Assembly (NCBI GenBank): GCA_963812015.1
Contig: CAWETI010000002.1
Coordinates: 800,001-864,000, forward strand
Source of the DNA: an uncultured delta proteobacterium
GTDB lineage: Bacteria > Desulfobacterota > Desulfobaccia > Desulfobaccales > 0-14-0-80-60-11
Reading direction: 5' to 3'
Length of the DNA stretch: 64,000 bases
Part shown: positions 39,317-50,117 of the stretch, one piece after another
Numbering within the stretch: position 1 is the stretch's first letter
How the letters are laid out: each line of letters starts with the position of its first letter
Program-made: the position numbers and the translations under genes
The notes under the pieces: generated by a model
The model's database searches: none
What the model was told of the DNA's origin: nothing
The model's input: only the letters and a program-made list of their open reading frames with translations

Positions 39317-40810
39317 ATGCCAGCAGAGAAGAAACCAAACATTTTAGTCATCTGGGGAGATGACATCGGCATGTGGAACATCAGTGCATACAGCCACGGC
39401 ATGATGGGCTACCGGACGCCGAACATCGACCGCATCGCGGCAGAAGGGATCATGTTCACCGATTGCTATGGCGAGCAGAGCTGCACCGCGGGGCGTTCGG
39501 CGTTTATCACCGGCCAAAGCGTCTTCCGGACGGGATTGAGCAAGGTGGGGATGCCGGGAGCCGATATAGGCCTGCGCGGCGAAGATCCCACCATCGCCGA
39601 GTTGTTGAAGCCGCTGGGCTACGCCACCGGTCAGTTCGGCAAGAATCACCTGGGCGACAAGGACGAATTTCTGCCTACCAAGCACGGGTTCGATGAGTTC
39701 TTCGGCTTCCTCTACCACCTGAACGCCTGCGAGGAGCCGGAACTGCGCGACTACCCCCCGGCAGCGGACTTCCCCAACTTCAGAAAAAACTACGGACCCC
39801 GGGGCGTGCTCCGCTGTTCTGCCGACGGCCGCATCGAAGACACCGGCCAGCTGACCAAAAAGCGGATGGAGACCATCGACGATGAGGTTCTGGCCGCGGC
39901 CACGGAATACATCGACCGCCAGGCCAAGGCCGATCAGCCATTCTTCGTGTGGTTCAACACCTCGCACATGCACTTCCGGACCCATGCCAAGCCCGAGAGC
40001 CTGGGTCAGTCCGGGCGCTGGCAGTCGGAATACCATGACGTCATGATCGACCATGACAAGTGCGTGGGCGCCCTGCTGAAGCAACTGGACGACCTGGGCA
40101 TCGCCGACAACACCATCGTCATGTACAGCACTGACAACGGACCCCACATGAACTCCTGGCCCGACGGTGGCATGACCCCTTTTCGCAACGAGAAGGACTC
40201 CAACTGGGAGGGCGCCTTTCGGGTTCCGGCCATGATGCGCTGGCCCGGCAAGATCAAGCCCGGCACCGTGTCCAACGAGATCGTCAGCCACCTGGACTGG
40301 CTGCCCACCTTCCTGGCCGCCGCCGGGGATCCGAACATCAAAGAGAAGCTCCTCAAAGGTCATCAGGCGGGTGCCAAGACCTTCAAGGTGCACCTGGACG
40401 GCTACAACCTCCTGCCTTTCTTAAAAGGCGAGGTCAAGAAGAGCCCCCGGGTGGAGTACTTCTACTTCTCCGACGACGGCGACCTGATGGCCGTGCGCTA
40501 CGATAACTGGAAGCTGATCTTCATGGAGCAGCGAATGGTAGGCACCCTGCGGATCTGGCAGGAGCCGTTGGTGCCGTTGCGGTTTCCGAAGCTCTTCAAC
40601 CTGCGCACGGACCCCTTCGAGCGGGCCGACATCACCTCGAACACCTACTGGGACTGGGTGCTCGATCACATCTACCTGTTTCTGGCGGCGCAGAAATACG
40701 TGGGGGAATTCCTGATGACGTTCAAGGAGTACCCCCCGCGCCAGAAGGCGGCGAGCTTTACCATCGACCAGGTATTGCAGAAACTCCTGGGGGGTGCCGG
40801 TAGCCGCTAA
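39317..40810 (+). CDS. Arylsulfatase (Cys-type, cytoplasmic)
   Basis: KPNILVIWGDDIG, SCTAGR formylglycine motif, GKNHLG, STDNG, WEGAFRVP; SD GAGGAGG; no signal peptide. Confidence 0.93.
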   Translation: MPAEKKPNILVIWGDDIGMWNISAYSHGMMGYRTPNIDRIAAEGIMFTDCYGEQSCTAGRSAFITGQSVFRTGLSKVGMPGADIGLRGEDPTIAELLKPLGYATGQFGKNHLGDKDEFLPTKHGFDEFFGFLYHLNACEEPELRDYPPAADFPNFRKNYGPRGVLRCSADGRIEDTGQLTKKRMETIDDEVLAAATEYIDRQAKADQPFFVWFNTSHMHFRTHAKPESLGQSGRWQSEYHDVMIDHDKCVGALLKQLDDLGIADNTIVMYSTDNGPHMNSWPDGGMTPFRNEKDSNWEGAFRVPAMMRWPGKIKPGTVSNEIVSHLDWLPTFLAAAGDPNIKEKLLKGHQAGAKTFKVHLDGYNLLPFLKGEVKKSPRVEYFYFSDDGDLMAVRYDNWKLIFMEQRMVGTLRIWQEPLVPLRFPKLFNLRTDPFERADITSNTYWDWVLDHIYLFLAAQKYVGEFLMTFKEYPPRQKAASFTIDQVLQKLLGGAGSR

Positions 40811-40822
40811 CGTGGTCTTAAT

Positions 40823-40860
40823 CCCCCGCAGATTCACCGGGTATGGTGGATTTGCGGGGG
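40823..40860 (+). terminator. Long hairpin after the sulfatase
   Basis: CCCCCGCAGATTCACC / GGTGGATTTGCGGGGG; no clear U-tract. Confidence 0.45.
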
Positions 40861-40937
40861 CACGCCATTTCAACAAAGCATTAATGCGATTGGGTTGAAG
40901 GTAGCAAGACCCGATATGAATACCGCACGAGGTTCAC

Positions 40938-41588
40938 ATGCCCCTCTCGGACGTCTCCATCCCAGACGCGTTAATATTTTTCTTCTTAACCCTGGGTCCG
41001 CTCAAGGCCATCGCCCCTTTTGCGCAGTTGACCCAGGGATGCGACCCCGCGTTTCGCCGGGCCGTGGCTTGTCGGGCTACAGCAGTTGCCACCATCATCG
41101 TCTTCGCGGTGGCCCTGCTGGGCGCCCTCGTCCTGGAAAATTGGCATGTTTCCATCGCCGCGATCGTTATCACCGGCAGCATCATCCTTTTCTGCCAGGC
41201 ATTTCAGCTGATCCTGCAACCGCTGGTAGCAGCGCCCTCGCCCACCCCGCCAGACGCTGACCAGTCTCCGCCATCTCTGGCAATTGCCCACTTTCCCTTG
41301 GCCATTCCCGGCCTGGTCACTGCTCCCGGCATTGCGGCCATTCTCGGGTTCATGGCTATTGCCGGGGGCAACTGGACTCAAAAGGGCATCGTGTTAGCGT
41401 CTTTGCTGGTGATCATGGGGCTGAACCTGGTCACCCTGCTCAACATCGAAGTGATTTCAAAGCACGGGTCCCCTTTGGTGCAGCGGGTCTTTGGCTGGGT
41501 GATGGCCGTGCTCCAGGCCGCCTTGGCGGCGCAATATCTTATTAATGGTCTGGTGCGCTTAGGGGTGTTACCCCGTCTGGTCTCTTAG
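40938..41588 (+). CDS. MarC-family membrane protein
   Basis: FFLTLGPLKAI, FPLAIPGLVTAPG, about six TM helices. Confidence 0.85.
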   Translation: MPLSDVSIPDALIFFFLTLGPLKAIAPFAQLTQGCDPAFRRAVACRATAVATIIVFAVALLGALVLENWHVSIAAIVITGSIILFCQAFQLILQPLVAAPSPTPPDADQSPPSLAIAHFPLAIPGLVTAPGIAAILGFMAIAGGNWTQKGIVLASLLVIMGLNLVTLLNIEVISKHGSPLVQRVFGWVMAVLQAALAAQYLINGLVRLGVLPRLVS

Positions 41589-41745
41589 GGAAAAGGCCGG
41601 CAGGGGCTTAGGCCGCTGAACGCGGGTTTGGCAACAGCTCTTGTCCTGCTCGGATTAAGGGCGACACGCACCGGAGAGGACCGCCTGATGAAGAAGCTCC
41701 CAAATGCCGTTGACCTGACTTTTGGAGAAAGGACTGCAGAAACCC

Positions 41746-42141
41746 ATGAACGATAACCCCACCGGCAAGAATGTCTCCAACGAACTCGCTAAAGAGCGCA
41801 CTCGCCAGGCTGCTGACCGAACCCTCATGGCCTGGATTCGCACCTGCCTCTCGCTGATTGGGTTCGGGTTCGGCATCGCCAAATTCCGGGATATTCTGGC
41901 AAAAGCTGGGTTGGGCCGAGGCCCCGAACACCTTCACTCCACCCTGATTTTCGGATTGAGTTTTATCGCCCTCGGTATCTTCGGTCTCCTCGCCGCGGTT
42001 GTTCAACATTGGCGAATTCTAACCCAAATCAAGTTGGGGAATTTTCAATACACCGGCTTCCGGCCAGTGGTAATGACAACGGCGCTCATCTTGCTGCTCA
42101 TCGGCCTCTTTGCTTTCATCTCCATCCTGCTCAAGCTTTAA
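41746..42141 (+). CDS. DUF202/YidH-family membrane protein
   Basis: LAKERT...AADRTLMAWIRTCLSLIGFGF, three TM helices. Confidence 0.88.
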   Translation: MNDNPTGKNVSNELAKERTRQAADRTLMAWIRTCLSLIGFGFGIAKFRDILAKAGLGRGPEHLHSTLIFGLSFIALGIFGLLAAVVQHWRILTQIKLGNFQYTGFRPVVMTTALILLLIGLFAFISILLKL

Positions 42142-42339
42142 CCGACCGATGCGAGATATGACCTGGCAATGAAGTTTTCCGGCTCACGATCATTTCCCAG
42201 TCATTCATGTTCCCCTGGCGCATGGTTTGGCCCTCCCCCTGACCGAAGATGATCTGCAGGAGGTCAGGAAACTCAAAGCCATTGCTCAGGTGGAAAGTGA
42301 CTGAGGAAAATTACCGTAAAATTAAAAGGAGAGTGGTCT

Positions 42340-42858
42340 ATGATTCCCCTGGTGCAAAAACTAAGGCCGAGCCTAAAGATCATGATCGCGGCCCTCGGTG
42401 TGCTTTGTTCCCTGGTTCCCGAAGCTGTCCTGGCCACCACCCAGTCTTCCGACATCCTGTACCTGAATGGCCAGACCCATTCCCTGGAGAGCCTCCCCCT
42501 GGAACAGTATTACGGCCCCGCCAATCCCCGCCCCAAGTTCCGTGCGCCCAACACCGCCACCTGGCGCGGCTACATCGCCACCTGGGAGATCGACCGGGGC
42601 ATCCTCTATTTAAAGGCCATCCGGGCCTGGACCGATCAGCGTGAGGTGGGGCTGGAGGACCTGTTTCCCGGCCAGAAAGGCCCGGTGGCTGCAACCTGGT
42701 TTACCGGGAAGCTCAGGGTTCCCCAGGGCAAGATCCTCAAACCCGCGGTGCCCCATCCTATTTATGAAAAATACCTCATGATCACGGTGGAGAAAGGCAG
42801 GGTGGTCAGCCAGGAAGTCATTGACAATCCTCAGGGGACCCGCCCGCCGGGACCATAA
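42340..42858 (+). CDS. Hypothetical exported protein
   Basis: SD AAGGAG, signal peptide, TATWRGYIATWEI and ATWFTGKLRVPQG motifs. Confidence 0.7.
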   Translation: MIPLVQKLRPSLKIMIAALGVLCSLVPEAVLATTQSSDILYLNGQTHSLESLPLEQYYGPANPRPKFRAPNTATWRGYIATWEIDRGILYLKAIRAWTDQREVGLEDLFPGQKGPVAATWFTGKLRVPQGKILKPAVPHPIYEKYLMITVEKGRVVSQEVIDNPQGTRPPGP

Positions 42859-43085
42859 TCAGTTAAAAACCGGCCCTCTCCGGGATGTCCGCATGCGCAC
42901 CCATGGCCCCCTTTCTTGCCAAACCAGACGCTTATCCCTAAAGCCGAGAAAGGTGAGAATATGATCCACATCTGAGATTTGGGTAAAGTTGACCCCTCCG
43001 GCTTTTATGACCCTCAGAAGCGGCATCACCCATCCGGGGTATTCCATCCGGGCTGACCGGCTTGCCGGCCTGGTTGTCCATCGAC

Positions 43086-45155
43086 CTATGATGCCGCTTG
43101 TAAGACGACCGTCATCTCGGTGCCTCGGTGCGGTTCGCTGGCGACCTTGATTTCCCCCTGGTGGGCTTTCATAATGGTCTGGGAGATGGCCAGTCCCAGT
43201 CCGCTGCCTTTGGGCTTGGTGGAATAGAAGGGCTCAAAGATCTTATCGATGATGTCGGGGGGAATACCCTCGCCGCTATCGCTGATGCGCACCGACACCC
43301 TGTCGTTAAACCGGCCGCTGATAAAGGTCAAAGTCCCCCCGGCCGGCATGGCCTCGATGCCATTCTTGGCGATATTCAACAGCACCTGGCGCAAAAGCAG
43401 GGGGTCGAATTGCACCTGGGGGAGGTTGGGGTCCAGATGCAACGATAACGTGATGCGGTTTTCCTGCAGACTCGCTTCCAAGTTGAGGCACATTTCCCGG
43501 ATCAGGGAGTTGAGATCGATGGAACACTTTCTGGGCTCCGATAACTTCGCGAAGCTACCCACTTCGGCCAGAAATTCCTCCAAACGGCGAATTTCCTCAA
43601 CGATGATCCGGAGTTTTTCCACGTTCTTGGGGGGCTCAGTCACGGAAGTCTTCAAAACCTGACGGGCCATCCCGCCGATCACCATCAAGGGGTTTTTGAC
43701 CTCGTGGCTGATATGGGCCGCCATTTGGCCCAAGGCCGCCAGGCGCTCCGACTGCAGGAGCTTTTCTTGCATCTGTTGGCGCTCACGCAGGTCCCGGAAA
43801 AATCCCACCGTGGTAACCTCATGATCATCTCCATGAATAAGACTGGCGGAAAGTTCCACGGGAATGGGCTCTGCGGTTTTGCTCACTACCATGGTCTCAT
43901 AATGGATCAAGCTCCCTGTCCCCCCATACTCCGGGCTATCGATCTTGGCCCTGACCTCTTGGGCCACCCCGGTGGGATAGAGGTGAGCTACCCGGATCTT
44001 GCCGATCACCTCATCTCTGTCATAGCCCAAAATCCTCTCAGCGCCTTCGTTAAAAATGATAATATTGCCGCGCTGATCATTGGCAATAATGCCGTCGTTG
44101 GAGGTCTGGATCAGCTTGGTCTGAAATTCGTGCATCCGCTGGATTTTTGCGGCCAGGATCTCTTTTTCCTCACAGACATTGGCATTACGGATGGCAAAAG
44201 CGATTTCCTCGGCAATCGATTCGAGCAGCAGGCGGTCGTCTTCATAAAATGGCTCGCCGCCGGCCTTGTTCAGGACCTCCAAAACCCCGACCTTTTCATC
44301 CCCCGCCACCAGGGGAATGGCTACCAGGTTGTGGGTCTGAAAACCCGAGACGGAATCGAACTTGCCGTAAAACCGGGGGTCCCGCTGCACATCGTTGAAG
44401 ATGGCGGATCGTTGGGTTTGAAAGACATAACCCGCCAGTCCCTGGTTAACCGGGAAAGTGACATCCAACAAGACCGGCTTGGCAGGTCCTTCCACCCCGT
44501 AAAAGCGAAAGTTCTTTTTCTCCCCATCAAGGAGCAGCACCGAGGCGGCGGCGGCGGCAACGGCTGCCATACTGGAGTACAACACCGCCTCGATAACTTT
44601 ACGGAGGTTCAGGGTCTGAGCGACTTTGGAACTTACGGTCAGGTAAGTATTGAGGTGCGCGATTTTCTTGTCGTACGCCAACCGGTCCAGAAATTGGTCG
44701 ATGCAATACAGGAGCAGCCGGGTAATTTTGCTCATGAGACTCGGTTGGGGCGGCTTTCCTGGCCCAGGCAGCACTATTCCCAAAAACCCGCGCTTTTTCG
44801 TTCTGCTCCCCAGGGAAAACAAGATCAGGTTGGCCGCGGCTGGAGGGGGCAGGGGTAAGCTGATGGGCGGGGCGTCATCCTGGGTCTGCATCCGCTGGCA
44901 TTGCTCGGTGCACATGCCCTTGATTAAGGGCAGGGTGTTGGATTGAATCCCCTCTTGGAAAAAGGCGTGAAAGGGAGGTCGAGGTTCTTCCAGGCAAAGC
45001 AGGGCAGCAGTTGCTCCCGTCAGCCGGATCACCAGGGGGAGCACTCTCCGGGCCAGCCCTTCCAGGTCTTCAGCCTGCATCGCTCTTTCCGTAAGTTCTA
45101 ACAGTAGCGATGCTGCCTCAGGGGAAAAATGAACTCGAGATTCATGGTCGGACAT
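43086..45155 (-). CDS. GAF-PAS sensor histidine kinase (NtrB-like)
   Basis: GLAGYVF...DPRF GAF; PAS; ERLAALGQMAAHISHEVKNPL; NIAKNGIEAM, DSGEGI, GSGLGL. Confidence 0.92.
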   Translation of the reverse strand: MSDHESRVHFSPEAASLLLELTERAMQAEDLEGLARRVLPLVIRLTGATAALLCLEEPRPPFHAFFQEGIQSNTLPLIKGMCTEQCQRMQTQDDAPPISLPLPPPAAANLILFSLGSRTKKRGFLGIVLPGPGKPPQPSLMSKITRLLLYCIDQFLDRLAYDKKIAHLNTYLTVSSKVAQTLNLRKVIEAVLYSSMAAVAAAAASVLLLDGEKKNFRFYGVEGPAKPVLLDVTFPVNQGLAGYVFQTQRSAIFNDVQRDPRFYGKFDSVSGFQTHNLVAIPLVAGDEKVGVLEVLNKAGGEPFYEDDRLLLESIAEEIAFAIRNANVCEEKEILAAKIQRMHEFQTKLIQTSNDGIIANDQRGNIIIFNEGAERILGYDRDEVIGKIRVAHLYPTGVAQEVRAKIDSPEYGGTGSLIHYETMVVSKTAEPIPVELSASLIHGDDHEVTTVGFFRDLRERQQMQEKLLQSERLAALGQMAAHISHEVKNPLMVIGGMARQVLKTSVTEPPKNVEKLRIIVEEIRRLEEFLAEVGSFAKLSEPRKCSIDLNSLIREMCLNLEASLQENRITLSLHLDPNLPQVQFDPLLLRQVLLNIAKNGIEAMPAGGTLTFISGRFNDRVSVRISDSGEGIPPDIIDKIFEPFYSTKPKGSGLGLAISQTIMKAHQGEIKVASEPHRGTEMTVVLQAAS

Positions 45156-45708
45156 AACAGACCCCTGAAATAAGTAAGTTCTTTGGCTATCTTCCTTCCC
45201 CAGGCGCTACCCCAAATACTCCCGGAGAGGCTTAACGTGAAGATTGGCTGGACTCAGGGTGCGGCTCAAGGCCGCCATGCATCGCGAAGCTTCGGACCTG
45301 TGTATTATATCAATATTTCTAAAGATTTATCAAAAAGTTTCGGTTTGGCGCAGGCCAGTGACTATTTTGGGTGCCACCAGGCCCGTCCCGCCAGGGCGCC
45401 GAATTGGTGAGGCCGGCCCCGGTGACCAGGGTCATTGGTGGGGCACGAGGCTCGCGCTCCGCCTGGGGTTCCCCAGTTGAAAACCACCGCTTCCTCCTGG
45501 ATTGCTAACTATTCCCGGATATTGTAAAAATTGATTTTTAAAAAATTCTTGTGCTATCATCGCCAGGAGAGATAGGATGCCCTTGGAAGAGGGTCGTTTC
45601 AGGGATTAAACGCAGCCAAAAGACCGCAACCGCCATGTGAGGACAGGAGCCGCTGAAGCTGCCAAGTTTCGGATCACCATGGGTCAATTATTGGTCTGGA
45701 GAAAAACC

Positions 45709-46886
45709 ATGAACTGGCTGACTCGGGAACGCCTCACCGTTTACCCGCGCATCATTGTGGTCCTTTATATCTTGGTGGGTGGTTACCTGATCTTGCTGCC
45801 GGGCCTGCTCGGCCACGGGCTCGTCGACCGGCTGGGCAAGCCGATAGGTACGGATTTTGCGGTCTATTGGACTGCCTCCAAGTTGGCGCTAGGGGGGAAC
45901 CGGCCACCATATACGATCTTCCCAAACTGCAAGCCATTCAAGCAAGCCTGATCGGGGCGGATTTCCCTCTGGTCTGGTTTTATCCCCCCACTTTTTTACT
46001 GATCGTTCTGCCCTTGTCGCTTATGCCCTATCTGGCCTCCCTGCTTATCTGGAATACCGTCACCCTCAGCGCCTATCTGTCGGTCATCCGGCGCATTGCG
46101 CCGCATCCCTCCACTATCTGGCTTACTCTCGCCTTTCCCGGCACCTTCCAGAACTTCTTTCACGGTCAGAACGGTTTCCTGTCTGCCTCGCTGATCGGCG
46201 GTGGACTCCTCCTCCTGGATTCTTTCCCCGTTTTAGGGGGCTTGCTCCTCGGCCTGGTCAGCTATAAGCTGCAACTGGCGGTACTCATCCCCATTGCCCT
46301 CATAGCTGGGCGGCGTTGGCAGGCATTGGCGGCGGCCGCGGCTTCAGCCTTAACCTTGGCCTTAGCCAGCTTCCTGGTGTTCGGTCAGGGAGTATGGATA
46401 GCTTTTTTGAAAAACCTCTCGTTACCCATGCAACTCGTGAAGCTTGGTGCCTTGCCGGTGTACAAAATGGCGACAGTTTTTGCTGCCACCCTGCTCCTGG
46501 GGGGTAGTTCCCTGCTGGCCGGTATCCTTCAGGGCTTGGTCATGCTGGCGGTAGCGGCAGTGGTAATCTGGACATGGTCCAGACCAGGCATCCCTCTGGC
46601 ACGGCGCGCCTCAGTGCTGGTTTTGGGGATTCTCCTGTTTACCCCCTTTACTTTTGAATACGACCTTACCCTGCTCGTCCTCCCGCTTGCCTGGTTGGCA
46701 TGGGAAGGGTATACCCAAGGCTGGCCGGCAAAGATGCAAGGTTTTCTATTCCTTGGCTGGCTTATGCCGATCATCGCCCCTCTCCTGGCAAAGATGACGT
46801 ATTTGCAGGTAGGGCCAATGATTTTGGCGGCATTGATAATCTTCACCCTTGGCCTGCCCCCCCAGAAAAAGTGGTCATCAACTTAA
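45709..46886 (+). CDS. GT-C glycosyltransferase (DUF2029/GT87-like); one base missing in G-run 45892-45897
   Basis: GTDFAVYWTAS N-terminus joins EPATIYD...FYPPTFLL...GQNGF...YKLQL...FEYDL in the other frame; polytopic membrane protein. Confidence 0.8.
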
Positions 46887-47097
46887 GTCAGATTATGGGA
46901 AAACCCTCATGCCTATTCCGAATGAAGCATAATTTAGTTCACTTTGCGGGGCCTGAACCCTTTGTTAAGGAAATTATCCCAAAGCGCTAACCCTGCTATA
47001 TAATGATGGCGGCAAAGCAAAATCATGGAAGCTCAGAGAGCCGGGCCCAAGGAGCGCCTTGTCCCGGGAGGCAGCTGATGCGATTCTAACTAACGCC

Positions 47098-47985
47098 ATG
47101 ACGTCCCTCAAACTCTACCTGGAACTGGCCCGGCCGCACCAGTACATCAAGAACGGTTTCGTCTGGCTGCCCATCTTTTTCGGCTATAAACTTTCGGACT
47201 GGCAGGCCCTCCACCAAACCGCCCTGGCCTTCCTGGTCTTTTGCCTTGCGGCCTCCAGCGTCTATGTCCTCAACGACCTCTGGGACATGGCCGAAGACCG
47301 TCAGCATCCGGTGAAGCGGCACCGCCCCCTGGCCAGCGGCGAGCTGCGTCCCGCCCAGGCGGTCCGCTTTCTGGCCCTCTTGCTGGCGGGGGCCGGGATA
47401 CTGGCCGGCGCCTTCCTGCCTACGTCCTGCCTGGTGATCCTGGGGAGCTACCTGGCCCTTAATCTGGCCTACTCCCTCTTCCTCAAACATTTTGCCGTCG
47501 TGGACGTGGTGTGTATCGCCCTGGGGTTCGTGCTCAGGGTGTACGCCGGGGGCGTGGCCGCCGCGGTCCCCGTCAGCCATTGGATTGTGGCCCTGACCTT
47601 TCTGCTGGCCCTCTTTCTGGCCCTGGGCAAAAGGCGGGACGACCTGATCCTGGCAGCCGACGGTCACGGCGCCCGGAAAAGCCTGGACGGCTACAACCTG
47701 GAGTTCGTGGGTCTCTCCATGGGCGTCATGGCCGCGGTAATTATCGTGGCCTACCTCCTGTACACCGTTTCCCCCGACACCATTAGGAAGCACGGCACCG
47801 ATCAGCTCTACCTGACCGCTTTCTGGGTCATCGTCGGCCTGCTGCGCTACTTCCAGATCACCCTGGTGGAAGGCCGCTCCGGCTCCCCCACCAAAATCTT
47901 TCTCAACGACCACTTCCTCCAGATCGTCATGCTTCTGTGGCTCCTGTCCTTTTTTGTATTGCACTACTTATCCAGGTTCGCTTAA
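47098..47985 (+). CDS. UbiA-family polyprenyl-phosphate phosphoribosyltransferase
   Basis: RPHQYIKN, YVLNDLWDMAEDRQHPVKRHRPLASG, GFVLRVYAG, KRRDDL, GSPT. Confidence 0.9.
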   Translation: MTSLKLYLELARPHQYIKNGFVWLPIFFGYKLSDWQALHQTALAFLVFCLAASSVYVLNDLWDMAEDRQHPVKRHRPLASGELRPAQAVRFLALLLAGAGILAGAFLPTSCLVILGSYLALNLAYSLFLKHFAVVDVVCIALGFVLRVYAGGVAAAVPVSHWIVALTFLLALFLALGKRRDDLILAADGHGARKSLDGYNLEFVGLSMGVMAAVIIVAYLLYTVSPDTIRKHGTDQLYLTAFWVIVGLLRYFQITLVEGRSGSPTKIFLNDHFLQIVMLLWLLSFFVLHYLSRFA

Positions 47986-48001
47986 GGGGGTTGCCAAGGG
48001 C

Positions 48002-49300
48002 ATGAAACTGAGCGGATGGGGGAGATACCCGGTGGTGGACAGTCAGGCGCAGTCTTTTGCCAGCCTGTCCGAGCTCCACCGCCGCCTCGCCGCCCCCGGC
48101 GACCTCATCGTTCACGCCCAGGGGCGGAGCTACGGCGACAGCGCCCTTAACGACCGGGTGCTCTTGACCCGCCGCTTCAACAAGATCCTGGACTTCGACC
48201 CCCGGACCGGCAGGGTCACCTGCGAATCCGGCGTCACCCTGGCCGAGCTCCTGGAGGCCTTCCTGCCCCGAGGCTGGTTTTTGCCGGTGGTCCCCGGGAC
48301 CAAGTTCATTAGCGTCGGCGGCGCCATCGCCAGCGACGTCCACGGCAAGAACCACCACCAGACCGGCTGTTTCAGCGAGTGCGTGGAGGCCTTCGAGCTC
48401 CTGCTCCCCGACGGCCAGGTGGTGCCCGTGAGCCGCACCGAGAATCGCCCCCTGTTCCTGGCCACCTGCGGCGGCATGGGGCTCACCGGGGTCATCATTG
48501 CGGCCAGCCTCCGCCTGCTTGGTATCCAGAGCGCTTATATCCGGGAGACCGTGCAGCGCTGCGCCAACCTGCCGGAAGTCTTCCAGCGCTTCGAGGCCAA
48601 TCAGGACGTCCCCTATTCCGTCGCCTGGATCGACTGCCTGGCCTCGGGTGAACATCTGGGACGCTCCGTCCTGATGCTGGGCCGGCACGCCCAGGCCGGT
48701 CTTTTGCAACTGCCGCCCCCCCGGCCCCTGACCATTCCCCTGGAGTTGCCCTCCTTTGTTTTAAACAAGCACTCCGTGGCCTGCTTCAACTACCTATTCT
48801 ACCATGGCAAACCCGACCTGGTGGCGGGCCGTCTCACCCCTTTGGAAGACTTTTTCTTCCCCCTGGACCGGATCGGCCACTGGAATCGCATGTACGGCCG
48901 CCGGGGCTTTACGCAGTACCAACTGGTGCTCCCCAAGGCGGCCAGCCTCACGGGCTTGACCGAAATTCTCCAGCGCATCAGTGCCGCGGGTCTCGGGTCT
49001 TTCCTGGGGGTGCTCAAGCTTTTCGGACCGGAAAATGACAACCTCCTCTCCTTTCCCCTGCAGGGATACACTCTGGCCCTAGACTTCAAAATCGACGCCC
49101 AACTCTTCCCCTTTTTAGACGAATTGGATCGGGTGGTCCTGGACCACGGCGGGCGCCTCTACCTCGCCAAGGACGTGCGCATGTCGGCGGAAACCTTTTG
49201 CCGGGGCTATCCCCGCTGGGAGGAGTTCGCCCTCATGAGGGAGCGCTACGGCCTCAAAACCAAATTTAATTCCCGGCAGTCCCGCCGCTTGGGGGTGTGA
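48002..49300 (+). CDS. FAD-linked oxidase, DprE1-like
   Basis: LSGWG, GRSYGD, PGTKFISVGGAIASDVHGKNHH, YSVAWID, QYQ, GRLYLAKD, SRRL. Confidence 0.9.
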   Translation: MKLSGWGRYPVVDSQAQSFASLSELHRRLAAPGDLIVHAQGRSYGDSALNDRVLLTRRFNKILDFDPRTGRVTCESGVTLAELLEAFLPRGWFLPVVPGTKFISVGGAIASDVHGKNHHQTGCFSECVEAFELLLPDGQVVPVSRTENRPLFLATCGGMGLTGVIIAASLRLLGIQSAYIRETVQRCANLPEVFQRFEANQDVPYSVAWIDCLASGEHLGRSVLMLGRHAQAGLLQLPPPRPLTIPLELPSFVLNKHSVACFNYLFYHGKPDLVAGRLTPLEDFFFPLDRIGHWNRMYGRRGFTQYQLVLPKAASLTGLTEILQRISAAGLGSFLGVLKLFGPENDNLLSFPLQGYTLALDFKIDAQLFPFLDELDRVVLDHGGRLYLAKDVRMSAETFCRGYPRWEEFALMRERYGLKTKFNSRQSRRLGV

Positions 49301-49301
49301 T

Positions 49302-50033
49302 ATGCACGTGCTCATTTTGGGGGCTAATTCGGATGTGGCCCAGGCCCTGGCCCGGAAATTCGCCCAGGCGGAGCGGCCTCAACTGACCCTGGCCTCCCGG
49401 GATCTGGAACTTTTGGAGAAACAGGGCCGGGACCTGGAGATTCGCTTCCAGGTCAAAGCCCGCCCGGTGTATTTCGACGCCACCGACTTCGCCTCCCATG
49501 CCGAATTTTACGACCGCCTGGACCCCAAGCCGGATGTGGTGGTTCTGGCCTTCGGCTACCTGGGGGACCAGAAGCGGGGCCAAGAGGACTTTGAGGAGGC
49601 CCAGCGGATCATCACGGTCAATTTCCTGGGCGCGGTGAGCATCCTGGAGATTATCGCCCGGGACTACGAGGGCCGGGGCCATGGGTTTATCATCGGCATC
49701 AGCTCCGTGGCCGGGGAGCGGGGCCGCCAGAGCAACTACCTTTACGGGGCCGCCAAGGGGGCCCTGGCCCTGTACCTGGGAGGCCTCCGCAACCGCCTGC
49801 ATCCCCGGGGGGTGCGGGTGCTGACCGTGCTTCCGGGCTTCGTGGCCACCAAGATGACGGAGCACCTGGATCTGCCGGCGAGGCTCCTGGCCACTCCCGA
49901 GGAGGTGGCGGAAGACGTTTTCCGCGCTTATAAGAAAGGCAAGGAGATCGTCTACACCAAGGGGCTGTGGAAGTGGATCATGTGGATCATCAAAATGATC
50001 CCAGAAAAGATTTTTAAGCGGCTCTCTCTCTAA
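49302..50033 (+). CDS. SDR oxidoreductase, DprE2-like
   Basis: GANSDVA, SSVAGERGRQSNYLYGAAK, PGFVATKMT; directly follows the DprE1-like gene. Confidence 0.88.
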   Translation: MHVLILGANSDVAQALARKFAQAERPQLTLASRDLELLEKQGRDLEIRFQVKARPVYFDATDFASHAEFYDRLDPKPDVVVLAFGYLGDQKRGQEDFEEAQRIITVNFLGAVSILEIIARDYEGRGHGFIIGISSVAGERGRQSNYLYGAAKGALALYLGGLRNRLHPRGVRVLTVLPGFVATKMTEHLDLPARLLATPEEVAEDVFRAYKKGKEIVYTKGLWKWIMWIIKMIPEKIFKRLSL

Positions 50034-50117
50034 GCGTTATCGCCTAAAAATATCTCGAAACTGGACCGGACCGCCGGGCCCTTTCGAAAAATTACAAAAG
50101 ATCACGAAAGATTCTCC

